A stretch of DNA of 64,000 nucleotides from Lama glama. Lineage: Eukaryota. The first letter of the stretch is position 1. Each line of letters opens with the position of its first letter. The position numbers and the translations under genes were made by a program. The stretch lies in NCBI GenBank assembly GCA_028534125.1, contig CM052818.1, positions 27,468,001 to 27,532,000 on the forward strand, written 5' to 3'. Under the pieces are notes generated by a model, which did not search any database, was not told the DNA's origin, and saw nothing but the letters and a program-made list of their open reading frames with translations. This document shows, one piece after another, positions 12,471-25,527 of this stretch.

Positions 12471-14539
12471 CACCCCAGTACTTCCCCCAAGCTGGAACTA
12501 TTTCATCTCTCTTTTGAGCTGCCATGCCTTTCTCTTCTCTGAAGACAACACTTAGGCACTCATACCTCAGCAGAGTTAACTTTTATCAGCCTAGCTACAC
12601 GTTCCCTTGGAGGTCAGGGAGGAAAGAGGAAATGCAGTACAATGCAAGACAGGGTGGTTTCAAGTGCAGAAAATCAGGTCACAAAGGCCCCGAGGACAGC
12701 TCGTTCACAGGGAGATATTTGGAGAGCGCCAGCATGAGGAGGTTTTGCTAAATGGGAGCAGGAGAAAGTGCCAAAGCCAACTTCCAAATTAGTTGGGGTT
12801 TCGGCGGATAAACCATGATCGAGTTTAATACCGAGGCAGAAAGTTCGCTTTTTCTTTCTTTAAGGAGCTGGCCTTTATGGAGCTGGAGTGAATCATTTGT
12901 TTCACCCTCTTTCTTCCCCCAACAGAGACCTGACACATATGCTCAACTACCAGGAGCAACAGTAAGTGCAGGCACCTGCCAGCCCTGCTAATTACCAAAT
13001 GCCCCCAGGATGAGGGCACGGGGTTAACACCTGGGCAGAGGTAGCTGACTGCTCAAACCGGAGGATGTTGGCATTGCAGTTCTTGCGGGGAGCTGGATCA
13101 TTAATCAGAGAAATAGTGCTTTGTACCTGGGAAGCAGGGCCAGAGAGAGTCTTTTACTTTCGATTAGCGGGTGTTTGTTACAGAAAGAACATAAACTGAT
13201 TTTCCTAGCTTTCCTGCAGCAGAGAACGTGGGCACCTTGGAAGAGCTTGGTGTGAACTCATCTGTATTTGGGTAAAATTTGTTGCCTGGAACATTAATGA
13301 AAGGTGTACTCACCAGGTTGCTTCCTCTATAAATGACCTTAGTGCTTCTATCTGATTATGTTGTGCATCTATTGATTTTAAATCCAGGCACTTTGATGAT
13401 GTGGGCAATGTAGTGACTGTTAAAAGGCTTCCAGAGAACACTATTTAACAATTTCCCATTCCTTTTCACTATGCCCTGTAGCCTTTTCGGTGTTTTTCTA
13501 ATTTATTTATTGTTGGATGCATAATAATGGCAAAATTTTAAAGTATTTTCTCCATTCCAATGGGCCAGCCAGAGTGTTAAGGACACCGTAAAAATGATCT
13601 CATTTAACTCTTTCAGCAACTCTACGAGAAAGGAAACTCCTCCAAATTCACATACAAGAAAATGGTGGCTTAGAAAGATGAGATTTGAAGGAGGTCTTCC
13701 CTCTTTCCATCTGTCTGGTCAGCCTGCCCGGATATTTTTGATGTTTTTGAAGTTTTTCAGGAACAACATGCAGGAGCACAGCCCTTAGTGCTAACCTCAG
13801 GATGGGCATATTTTGACATCTTTCCAATTTTGACTGTCACACCTCAAGTGCTTTCCTCACTAAGCCGATTTGTGACCAGTACCTCCTCTGCCTTCCTGGG
13901 GCTGTGGATCAGACCTGTGGCTTGTGATTTCTAGGAAGAGAACGAATGTCCAGGACCCTAGAGTACATGTCCACTGTCACCATGTTCACCGCAATCATAT
14001 CAAGATCAGGTGTGAATTTTGAGGTTAAACAAAAGTTATTGTTTTCCTGGCTCCAGGCATTCATTTCTTTATTGACATTACTATATACTGTATCATAAAC
14101 ATAGTAATTTTCTATTTGTCTGCACTACAGAGGTTTAAAGGATTTTTGTATTTCATTTTAGAATAAAGAAAAACAGGAAATTCTGTGTCTTCCATTCATG
14201 AGCCTGAATACAGTTTTCATTTTTAAGATGATGTAAAAGGAAATCTATTTCATCTAGGCATCAGGGTTAGAAAAGAAAAGGCAACAACAGCCCCTTTAAA
14301 ACAGTGTTCCTCAAAGTAGTGTCTCTATTGAAGACGTAATTCAAAAGGAAACTTGGTTATTTATCTGCTGCCATTTGAGATGATAACTAGAGTTAAGATT
14401 TCCTTGGAAGCAAATGCTACTCACAAAATTTTTATTCAAACATTTAAAAATCAACACAAAACTATCCTTTTAGAATGTATTTGGAACTTACTTAAATCTC
14501 TTAATATCCACTGGGGTTGAAGAGATTTAAAATCAAGGT

Positions 14540-14680
14540 GACAGAGTAAAGAGATCTTTTAGGGCAGTGAAAATTCTCTGTATGATACTATAATGATGGA
14601 TACAAGTCACTATACATTTGTATATAATCCATACAAAGTACACCACCAGGAGTGACCCCTGAAGTAGACTATGGACTCCC
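14540..14680 (+). mobile_element. L1MC-type 3'UTR fragment
   Basis: ttttagggcagtgaaaattctctgtatgatactataatgatggataca...gactatggact. Confidence 0.75.
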
Positions 14681-14694
14681 TGGCTTCCTAATAA

Positions 14695-14842
14695 TCAACC
14701 CAGGAGCTTCTTATATATTCAGGTTCCTGTTCTGCCCCTGAGACGTCTGCTCTGGCAGCACGGAGGGGAGCCCCAGCCTCGACGTATAGAGCAAGCACCT
14801 GGGAGTGTCTGGTGGTTTCTGGGGTTTAGGAACCACTGCTCT
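14695..14842. mobile_element. MER5-like hAT-Charlie MITE fragment
   Basis: Ends ggtttaggaaccactgctct. Confidence 0.5.
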
Positions 14843-15039
14843 GGGAGACAGCACCTCTCAAGCCACAGCTGCCTACAGCTTTGGGAAAGACCTTTCATTC
14901 TTCCATTCAATCAACTGCTTCCTTGCACTTTAAGTAACGCCTTGAAAGTTAATGGATGGAAAGTGTTAAATGATTTATTTGAGACTCAGTTCTGTTCGCG
15001 TCAGGAGAAGCTATTTCACCACAATGGTGCATAAGCAGT

Positions 15040-15270
15040 AACAGTCCCTGTTACATGTTAAATATTTACAATTTGCCAGGTACTATGCTAGGCGTTTCTT
15101 ATACATGACGTCTAATCTTTCCAGGAAAACAGTATTATTCTCGTTTTATAGATGAGGAAACTCGAACACCAAGAAGTTAAGTATTTGCATAAGGTCATAC
15201 TATTACAAAATGACAACGTCAAGGTTCAGGTCTGACAGACAACAATGTTTAGGCCTTTTTCTCTACACCA
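15040..15270 (-). mobile_element. MIR SINE
   Basis: ttttatagatgaggaaactcg...aagttaagtatttgcataaggtcatac. Confidence 0.8.
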
Positions 15271-15529
15271 GTAGCTCTCAAACAAGAGTGTGTGAGGGAA
15301 ATGGAAAAACAAAAACAAATTAAAAAAGAAAACCCAAAACAAAAACGAACTTTAAAAAATTTCCAAAGTTTCTAAAAATTGGGATTCCAGGGAAGCTTTT
15401 GTTATGGACAACTCCGGGAAAGCACAGCCTGGAGTACACAAGTGTTTCATCTTCCCGATGTCTGAGTCCTCTTTTCTTCTGCCTTATCCAAACACTGAGC
15501 CCAGGGAATATGACTTCCAGTAGCAGTAG

Positions 15530-15740
15530 TAGTAATAGTACTAATAATAAACAATATTTCTTGAGCCCTTCCTCTGAGCCAGGCATTGTTCTAAACTTTA
15601 AATGCATTAACTCTTCAATCCTCATAGCAACACAAAAAGATAAGCATTACAATTATTTATGCTTTACAGAGGAAACTTAGGCATCGCTGTTAAGTGCAGA
15701 GCAGACCTGGCAGCCTGTGCTCTGAATCACTAGGCTACCC
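15530..15740 (-). mobile_element. MIR SINE
   Basis: gccaggcattgttctaa...aactcttcaatcctcatagcaac...tttacagaggaaactt. Confidence 0.8.
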
Positions 15741-16309
15741 TGTGTTTCCCTGGTTATTCAAAGAGAAGATAAATTTGAGAGTGGACTAAGATAAGATATA
15801 ACTTGCTCCTTCCGGCATATCTCAAGCGAGGCTTTACCTCTTCAGCTTCAATGAGCCTCAAGTGAGCCTTTGCTAGCTGGGACTAGTGGGCAGGTCTGTA
15901 GCCAGGCCAGCCTCTGGGAAGATGAATGTGGGGGACAGAGAGGCTAGCAAACAGCATGTGCATCCCGGAGCAGTGTCACTGGGTCATCGGGTGGTTTGGA
16001 CTGGATGGTGGTGAGCGGTCCTCTCCCATCGCACTGTAACACGCTGGCGTGCTGTGGGAGTCACGGGGAAAGCACCAGGTCTGTGCTGTGTTTAGCCCCG
16101 GCAAGCATGACTGTGAGCTGAGAAAAACTAATCTCCCAGGCTCAGCACCACACTCCTGTCAGGAAACACAAGGAGCTTCCTGCTTGGAATCCCCCACAGC
16201 TCATTTCCCAGGCCTTGGAGGCCACTTCTTGGAAGCCCCCAGGGCCCAAAGCTTCCTTTCCCCCCCACTTTTTCCTATTACATGACTTTCCCTTCAAAAT
16301 TGGTGGACA

Positions 16310-16458
16310 CTGGGGATATATGGTACAGCACAGAGAAACACAACCGTTATTTTGTAATAACTTAAAATGCAGTATAATCTATAAAAATATTAAATTACTA
16401 TTTTGCGCACTTAAAACTAACATAATATTGTAAATCAACTATATTTCAAATTAAAAAA
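16310..16458 (+). mobile_element. Short L1 3' end
   Basis: tacagcacagagaaa...aaactaacataatattgtaaatcaactatatttcaa plus an A tail. Confidence 0.8.
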
Positions 16459-16744
16459 TGGAAGCTATTTCCACCTTCAATGTTCCTGAAGATAAGCACA
16501 CAAACTTTTTTCATTATAACTCTTTTCATTAATAATCAATAAAAGGAACTAGGAAACGGTAGAAGCCAAATCTAATGAACACGGTCACATTGCAAAGGGG
16601 TCAAGAATCTCAGGGTTTTCAACCCAGGTGATGTACCCAGGATTGCTCCTGACTCCCTTTCTCATAGACTCCCCAGATCAAGTTCTCCTCTCTTAACCAT
16701 TATCTCACCAAACCTCGAGTCCTTCACCCTTCAGATGCTCTGGG

Positions 16745-16906
16745 AAATGGTTCTCCACCTTGAGTGTGTGGTGGAATCCCCTAGAGGTCTCGGTATAATT
16801 TCTGGCCTGGTGTAGGTCTGCGGTCGGAATGGGAATTTGCATTTCTAACAACTTCCCAGGTGCAGCAGTTGCTGCTGCTGCAGGGATCACACTTTGAGAA
16901 CTGCTT
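16745..16906. mobile_element. MER5A hAT-Charlie MITE
   Basis: atggttctcc...gaatttgcatttctaacaacttcccaggtg...cacactttgagaactgct. Confidence 0.8.
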
Positions 16907-16972
16907 TTCAGTAGTTTAAGGCTCTCAGGTTTGAGGATATAATTCAGGCTGAAACATAGGTCATTTAAAGGG

Positions 16973-17168
16973 GGAGGGACCACCAGATAAAATATACAAT
17001 GCTCAGTTAAATTTGAAGTTCAGATAAACAAATAATTTTTTAATGTACATCCCAAATATTTCATGGGACAGACTTAAATTAAAAAATTATTTTTTGCTTA
17101 TCTGAAATTCAGATTTATTGGAGTGCCTGTGTGTCCTGCATTTTCATTTGCTAAGTCTGACAGCTCTA
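16973..17168. mobile_element. MER53 palindromic hAT MITE, near full length
   Basis: Inverted arms cagttaaatttgaagttcagataa / ttatctgaaattcagatttattg around a cccaaatatttcatggg centre. Confidence 0.85.
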
Positions 17169-18035
17169 TTTCAAGGACATCATATGTGAGACTTTCCTGA
17201 GAGCAAAACAGCTACTCAGTGACTCAAGCTATCTTCCAAAATAATTTCCTCCCACCACCCAGCTCTCAGGCCCCTGAAATGGATTTCCCACCTCTGAGGT
17301 GGACCCTTCTTTCTTGTCCCAACCTTCCACTGAGACATCCCTCTAGAACCTGCCTGCTTACTTAGTGTATCCCAGGGTTGACAGCACCACAGCCCCTGGG
17401 AGCTCACGATTGCCTTTCCTCTTTGGCACCTGAGTCTTTCAATATGCTTTAACAGTGGGGCTTTAGGGAAAAGGTAGGAGAGAATGTGGAGCCTGCAAAG
17501 CACACGGTCGGCTTCCTACTTTGCTGATGCCAAGACTCGCCAAGCTGGTGAACCTGAGAAGACTCCTTAGTAAGCTCAGAGAGGGGCAGTTTGTCTATCA
17601 GAGCAAGAAGCCTGGTGATGTTGCCATGCAGAATAAGTGTTACTAACACACAGTGTGTAAGAGCTGTTTCTAGGCAAGTTAAGTCTTGCAATTTGTGCTT
17701 AATTTTTAAATCCCTAAATAGGCATTTCTGAAGGTTGACAAGCTTCCTTTCTAGGGTGCGTCAACTTTAGAATATGGTTCCTAAAAGCAGCAGATTTCTT
17801 TGCCACTGATTATAATAATGATACTAGTGATGAGTTAGATAAGGAAATTAGTGAAAATAATGAGATACGCTTGGATAAGAATTAGAGCTTAAGGAAAAAA
17901 GTAAAAAGAATTAAAAAAATAAAATTAGAAAGTCAACTATTGGATCAAACAGCACATTAGACACAATTGGGAAAACACATGTAAGAGTACCTTGTTGCAC
18001 TAAATATAAAGCACTTGATAAAGTTAGTGGTCTAT

Positions 18036-20843
18036 CTTTCCCTATAGGGAAGAGGCTGACATCTTGATTGTATCATTAGCACCAAGGCCTGCCCTAGTGA
18101 ACTGACTGTAGGAAAGCCTCAGGCCAAATCACATACTGGGTGGGAACACAGCCCCACCCATCAGCAGACTTCCTGAGCCATAAATGCCTCTAGACATGAC
18201 CCTACCCACCAGAGGTCCAGGGACAAGCTTCACCCAGCAGTGGGCAGGCACCAGCTCCTCCTGCCAGGAAACCTGCAAAAGCCTCTAGTCCAGCCTCATC
18301 TGTGGAGGGGGCAGATACCAGAAATAAGAAAACAATAATCCTAAAGCCTGTGGAAGGAATCCACAACCCTTGAGTGGCGAGAGAGGAGTGTACTGCCGGG
18401 ATATATAAGACATCTCCCACTCAGGGCCACCTCTCCAAGGTTGAGAAACTAACTAACCTACCTAAAAATACAGATAGAAAGATAGACAACATGAGGCGGC
18501 AGAGGACTATCTCCTAGGCCAAGGCACAAGATAAAATCCTAGAAGAGGAAATGTGATGAGGAGATAGGCAATTTTTCTGAGAAACAGTTTGAAGTAATGA
18601 TGGCAAAGACGTTCAGAGAACTCAAGAGAATAGATGCACAGAGTGAAGTGTTTAGCAAAGAGTTGGAAAATACAAAGAATACCCAGAGTTGAAGAATAAA
18701 ATCACTGAAATGAACAATACACTACAAAGAACCAAGAATAGACTAAATGAGGCAGAACAGATCAGTGAGCTAGAAGGTTAGTCAAAATCACTACTGCAGA
18801 ACAGAAAAAAGAAAAAAGAATGAAAAGAAATGAGCATAGTTTAAGAGGACTCTGGGACAACATGAAGTGCACTAATATTCACATTATAGGGGTCCCAGAA
18901 AGAGAAGAGAGAGAGAAAGGACCTGAGAAAATTTTTGAAGAGATAATAACCGAAAACTTCCCCAATTTGGGAATGGAAACAGTCACCCAAGTCTAGGATG
19001 CGCAGAGAGTTCCAGAATCAACCCAAAGAGGAACACACCAAGGCACATAGTAATCAAATTGACAAAAATTAAGGATAAGGAGAAAATATTAAAATTAGCA
19101 AGAGAAAAGGAACAAATAACATACAAGGGGACTCCTATAAGGTTATCAGCTGACTTTCAGCAGAAACTCTACAGGCCAGATGGGAGTGGCATGATATATT
19201 TAAAGTGATGAAAGGGGAAAACTTACAGCCAAGAATACTCTACTCATCAAGGCTCTCGTTCAGATTTGATGGAGAAATCGAAAACTTCACAGATAAACAA
19301 AAGCTAAAAGAATACAGCACTATCAAACCAGCTTTACAACAAATGTTAAAGGAACTTCTCTAGTCACCAAACCATAAGAAAAGAGAACAAAAAGAAGAAA
19401 GAGGGGAAAAAAAAAAGACCTACAAAAGATTGCTTTGGCAATTGGGGGTCTTTTATGGTTTCATATAAATTTTGGAATTGTTTGTTCTAGTTGTGAGTCG
19501 TGACTATTTTGACAGGGGTTGCATTAGATCTGTAGATTGCTTTGAGTAGTGTGGCCATTTTGACAAGGTTGATTCTTCCAACCGAGGAGCACAAGATATC
19601 CTTCCATTTCTTTGTGTCATCTTTACTTTCCATCATAAATGTTTTAGTTTTCAGAGTATAGGTAACCCCCTCGGTTAAGTTTATTTCTAGGTATTTGGTT
19701 GTTTTGATGCAATGGAAATGTTTATGCCAGTTATAAAATCCTTGTTTTTGAAGTGAAAATAAAAGCTGAATGAATGGCCACACATGGCAAAATATCCTTC
19801 TTTCTTCTGGGTGAGTGGTATTCCATTACATATATATGCTGCATCTTCTTTATCCACTCATCTATTGATGTGCACTTAGGATGCTTCCATATCTTGGCAA
19901 TTATAAATAATGTTGCTGTTAATAGTGGGGTGTATGTATCTTTTTGAATTAATATTTTTGTTTTTCTCAGATATATGCCCAGGAGTGGAACTGATGGGGT
20001 ATACAGTAGTTCTATTTTTAGGTTTTTGAGAAATCTTCATATTGTTTTCCATGGTGGCTGCACCAATTACATTCCTACCAACTGTGTACAAGGGTTTCCT
20101 TTTCTCCACATCCTTGCCAACATTTGTTATTTGTGTTCTTTTTGATGATGGCCATTCTGACAGGTGTGAGATGATATCTCATTGTGATTTTGATTTGCAT
20201 TCTTCTGATATTAGTGATGTTGAGCAAAATTTCATGTTCCTATTGGCCACCTGCATTTCCTCTTTTGGAAAAATGTCTGTTCAGTTCTTCTGCCCATATT
20301 TGAAATGGATTGGTTGCTTTTTAACTGAAGTACAGGTGATTTAAAATTTCTGTTGTACTGTTGATTTCAAGTTTCTGGTGTACAGCATGGATGGATTTGG
20401 AGGGCAGTATGCTAAGTGAAATAAGTCAGACAGAGAAAGACAAATACTATAAGATACCACTTACATGTGGAATCTAAAAAAATACAACAAACTAGTGAAT
20501 ATAACAGAAAAGAAACAGACTCACAGAGGTAAAGAAGGAACTAGTGGTTACCAGTGGGGAGAGGGAAGGGGGAGGGGCAAGATGGAGGTGGAGGATGAAG
20601 AGGTATGAACTATCAGGTATAAAATAAGTTACAAGGATGCACTGTACAACACGGGGAATACAGCCAGTATTTTATAGTAACTATAAATGGAGTGTGACCT
20701 CTAAAAATTGTGAATTATTATATTGTATGCCTGTAACATATAATATTGTACATCAGCTGTACTTCAATTTAAAAAATATGATATTATAAAATAAATACAT
20801 ACAATTTGTTTAAAAATTAAAAAAAGAGAAAAACAACAAGAAA
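18036..20843 (+). mobile_element. Composite L1-derived element: 5'UTR + disrupted ORF1 + antisense ORF2 pieces + 3'UTR + A-tail (HAL1-like)
   Basis: L1 5'UTR-like sequence from ~18073; ORF1 18491-19363; antisense ORF2 at 19428-19720 and 19780-20320; sense 3'UTR 20388-20776; candidate TSD ataaagttagtggtctat (18018-18035) / ataaaattagaggtctat (20844-20861). Confidence 0.75.
18491..19363 (+). pseudogene. L1 ORF1p (RNA-binding protein), disrupted
   Basis: Starts MRRQRTIS then a premature TAG; ends PRILYSSRLSFRFDGEIENFTDKQKLKEYSTIKPALQQMLKELL*, a typical ORF1p C-terminus; no long ORF survives in the ORF track. Confidence 0.9.
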
Positions 20844-23800
20844 ATAAAATTAGAGGTCTATAGATTGTGCGTATAGAGCCAGCTGCCCCTAATTACTGCC
20901 AGTGGAGTATTAGAGAGAAGAGAGGTAACCCCATCAAGCATCCTCTGAGGGCAGAAATTCTCCCTGCAGCAGCCTCCTACTAGGAGACAAGTGAGAGCTC
21001 CAAGAAAGAAGGACCCAGGGTAACTTCTTCACCAGTGGATCTGCAGCATCTGAAATAATTCTTGGTCAGTGCTCAGTAAACATTTGTGAACTGAATGAAT
21101 GAATGAGTGAACAAATAATGGTGTACTTAATAATAGCTGGTAGAAAGCTGGTAACACTGTTTGGAGGTTTTAGGTAACTCTGGGACTACACATCTCTAAA
21201 ATTATCTGGAAAAAAAATAAAAAATTCAGTACATTGAAAAATATTTTTGTGCCCAATGCCAAATGCCCAGATGTTGCCACCTGAAGAGAGATTTGGGTTT
21301 CTGTACAACATTGGATGGTTGGCAGTGGTTCTCTCTTAGTATTCTCTTATTTGGATGTCGTGCTGAGAAAAACCCAAGCAGGACTCCCACCTCCACAATC
21401 TCTCTTCCATGCCTCCACTCTCCCTGCACAATTTGAGATACTGAATTTAAAACTTTTAAATGCCAGCCAGTGAGGTGCTGATGTAGTCTTTATCAGTTCT
21501 AGCAGATGATCCCAAGCTTATCTTTAATGCAGCCTATCCACGAGGAAGTGGCAGGGGGAAAACATAAGTAAATGATTTTCACTGCTAAATCACTTTCCGT
21601 CTGGCCACACTGCACACCACATGTGTATTCTCCTCTGTCCACAATGACTTTTTTCTGGCTCTCAGGCAGATGTGATTTCATCAACACAAAATCAGCTGAA
21701 AAGCCAGCCGTTTCATCTACAAGACAATCTGCAAATCCACAGATAGGCCACCTCCGCAGGATCAACCTCAAACTGGGCATTTCCTCTACAAAGACATCTA
21801 CAAGTTACGAAGCAGACGAGATGGCAGCTCTGTGCTTATGTCTCCTGGGGTCTCAGTGCTGCTCCTTCTCAGCGGGGTCATTTCCATTCGCAGGCGTGGA
21901 GTAGATTTTCTAAAACGGATGGAAGCCTAGCAAAACAGAGTAACGACTAGAATCTGCCAATCAGCTGTAATCTTTACACCCTGGAAGCCTAACTGAACTG
22001 TAACACTCAGAGCAAAACCAGAAGTTACATGTGAATGACAAGCTTGTAACCAAATCACTACAAGGGTAATATTGCTATGAGATTTCATCTCCAGCTATCA
22101 AAGCCTCTGCCAGAACCCTACACAATGTCTCCCTCTTTTCGAGGCACTACAGGCAGAAGAATGCTCTGTTTCCTGCATAGACTATTCTGGAAGAAAGAAC
22201 AGGTATTCTAGAATCCAAGGGATAGTTCTTCAAAGACGTAATTCCTGCAGAATGTTGACTAAATTCTAATCCCTCATTCTCCTCTAGCCCAGTTGCCTCA
22301 CACAGTTTGAAATTTGATTGCCAGTGAAGAGAAGCCTCAGTACATTTGCATTTGCCTCAAAGACATTTACTTTTAATAATAATTATAAGCAGAAACCCTG
22401 TGTGAACAGAAACCCTGTGCCAACAAGTGGCGCTTTCTTTATCAACAACTATGAGAAAAATAAATGCTGGCAGGCTTAGGGGTGAAATATCCCCTCTTGA
22501 AAGCTGTGGGGCCATCTCTCAACCCAGTGTTAGATTCCAGAGCAAGTAAGACACCTAGTTTGCAAGCACAAGTTTCCAAGCATCCCTCATAGCTACAGAA
22601 AGTACCACAGAAATTTCCATCATGTGTTATAAGAATGTGCTGTTTGAGTTAATGACTCCACAGCCGCGTGCAAGGGGATGGCTGTGCATTGGAGGAAAGC
22701 TGACCAGAAAAGCAGATGTGTGCCTTATTTCTGATCACACTTATGCTTGTACTGTAGCACGTTCTTGAGATAAATGACTTGAAAGACTTGAAAACTGCTT
22801 AGCTGCAATAGACATCGGTCCTGATAGCAGAGGGAATGGTTTATTACTAAACTCTACTGGGCCTAAGATTATGCTGGAAAGAGATACAAATATGTATGAG
22901 ATGCATAAAGCTGTATTAAGAGAACACTTTTGTGTAAAGCTGAATATCAAGCATGACAAATGTTGAGTCCCAGGTTTGCCAGAAAATGAATTCTTATAGA
23001 CGGAGGAGAATATACCATTAGGTTGTACAACATGGCAGAGATGCACAAAATTTTCTCCAAATATCTTTAACCATGAAGGATTATTTCTGTCCCTGACATC
23101 TCCCCAACCAAAGCAATATGTTCCACTGGAATTGATACAATGTTCTAAAATTCCCTAAACCCACGTTAGCACCTTCGAGGTTGGCATGGCTAAGACTCAT
23201 TTTCTTCAGGTGTACAGAGTCCTTAGGGAAGGTGGAAAAGGGGGCAGAGCCTGGGATTTGGCAGCATGATACTAAAGTAATGGAAAAGGAGGAGGAAACT
23301 CTGTCAATTATCTATGTATTTGATATATTCTAGAAACAGCAAACCTCCAGACATTTAGACACTTTTTTTTCATGATGAAGGCAAAAGATCCAGTCTCTAG
23401 TTCTGAATTTGTTATTTGGGGGGGGGCATAACCCCAGAGTTAAATTAAAGCCTAGAATTACATTTCAAAAATCATAGACGAAGAATTTGCAACTATTTTT
23501 CTCTACATTAAAAATCATGGCTGGGTTCTAAGCTCACAGAAGTGAGTGACTTCACTCAGTATATTCTTTATCTCTGAAGAGAAAAAAAGTGACTATTTTA
23601 GCATCATCTAGAGTTTCATGCTTGAAACAGCACCTAAGGTATATTCATGAACCAGAAAAGGCCTTATTACTGTTATACAATTCCGTTCTGGCATCTACTC
23701 AGCCACGAAAGCAGTTTCATTTTTATGTGAAATATGCCAGATGGCATATGCATTGCGCGGTTAAAACAAACATGCAGAACTCAATTCTGCTGCAGGCACT

Positions 23801-25417
23801 TTACTGAAGGGAACATTTGGTCATGTGGTTATATTATCTGCACGTGGCCCTTTAAAAGTAACCAAAGCCCTAAGTTAGGAGATGCTTCTTTTTTTTTTTT
23901 TAAAGCTTGTTTTGGCAAGCGAGGGGTGTAGCTGTGGGACTCACTAACAATCCCTGTGCCGATAACTGCAACTGCCAACTGGTGGTGAAGTCTGAAGTCT
24001 GGCCCGAGCAGAGCTTCTAAAGAACTCAGACTGCTATTAAAATTTTTTTCTATATCAGCTAATGCAGGGAGAAGGAACTGAAAATACATACTGGAGTGTT
24101 TCAGGATGGAGAATGAGGTCTACTATTGATTAATTAAATCACATAGGATTTCAATTAAACCACAGAGGATTTAAGTTTTGGGAGAGTTCTTTTAATATAG
24201 TTATTGAAGAAAAAGGAGAGGGAGATTCAAACACACCTTCCTTCAAAGAAACATAAATGTTAAAATAGTGATACTGTGATCTTTACAGGCAGGATCAACG
24301 TTAACAGTATTCGACACGAGGGTCACGTATGCATGTGAGAGAAAGAGGCCTGCATGGGACAGAATTCAATTAAAGCGAGCAAATATTGACCACCTGCTAC
24401 CTTCCTCACATTGTGCCAGGTGAAATGGGAGCTATATGACCTCAATTATAAATCTTAGTTGGAGGAATCAAATTATAAATGCATAAAACAGAGCTAAAAT
24501 TGAACAGTATATTGCCAAGATATGAGATAATTAGGGGTAATCTGAGCAGCTCTATCTCAAAAGCTGCTACAAGCCCTTATGGAGATTTGAAGTGAGCCTT
24601 GCCTCTCTCCCTATCAGCCCCCTTTTGCCAAACCTTGGAATAGGGTCAGAGAGGACCTAGTCTTTGTCCTTAGATCAAAGGTTATCCCCCTTTTGAGCTG
24701 AACTTCGAGCATACCTGTCCTGTCACCTGTCCTAAATCCATGCTCACCTCCCCACCTGCTTACCAAGAACTCAAGTCTTGCATGTGCCCTACCAGTTGTG
24801 CATGCCCTGTGGAGGAATACTATTTCAAATTGTCATTAGTCATTTCCACACTGTGAAAACAGGATTCAGGTCCCACTCTGTGTGAGGGAAAGAGACGGCT
24901 CATGAGGGCACCTGGAACTTGAAAGAGCTGGGAAGATGGACCAACAACAAGAAAAAGGAGGACAAAGTTAAGAGGATGGAGCAGCTGCAACCAGACCTCA
25001 TTCACAGCCTCGTTGCCCAGGGCAGCCTTCCAGTCTGCCCCAGCAGCTAATCAAGAACCTACTGAGTGATCACCAATGAGACTCCAAGCCACCTGGCTGG
25101 AAAGGACGTTAGAGCTCATTGGCTATTTTGGCTATTTACCATCAAGAGTAACTCCCTCCAGGACACGTGCTTGAGTCCCAGGTACTCTTCCTAATGTCAT
25201 GATGCTTCCTGGGACAGACGTGTGTGGAAAGCTGTGGGGGGGTGGGGCTTTCCTGATGGAGGACAGAAGCAGGAAGGTGAACCTGGCAGATCTGCTAAAG
25301 AATCAGTTCCTTTTTTTCCTGGCTTTTTATTCATCCCACAGTTGGTACATATATGACACTGTCTAATTTTCTAATGTGAGACATGTGAACATCTCCTAAA
25401 CTAGCTTGTAACCTTTC

Positions 25418-25527
25418 AGGGGAGCCAGGACAAGGGTGAGGTAAGGGACGCCTGCCACGATCCTGTGAGTGTCCCCTGGCACTGTACACTCTTACTGCCT
25501 CACTTATCTCACTTTAGATCGAGCCCT
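25418..25527. mobile_element. MER91-like hAT MITE, internally deleted
   Basis: caggg...agggtgagg left end; tgcctcac...gagccctg right end. Confidence 0.5.

Noticed and set aside
21790..21915. Possible minus-strand terminal exon (ttttag/aaaatctactcc..., KIYSTPANGNDPAEKEQH* or KSTPRLRMEM...)
   Set aside because: No recognisable protein, weak acceptor, no upstream partner exons or clear poly-A signal found.
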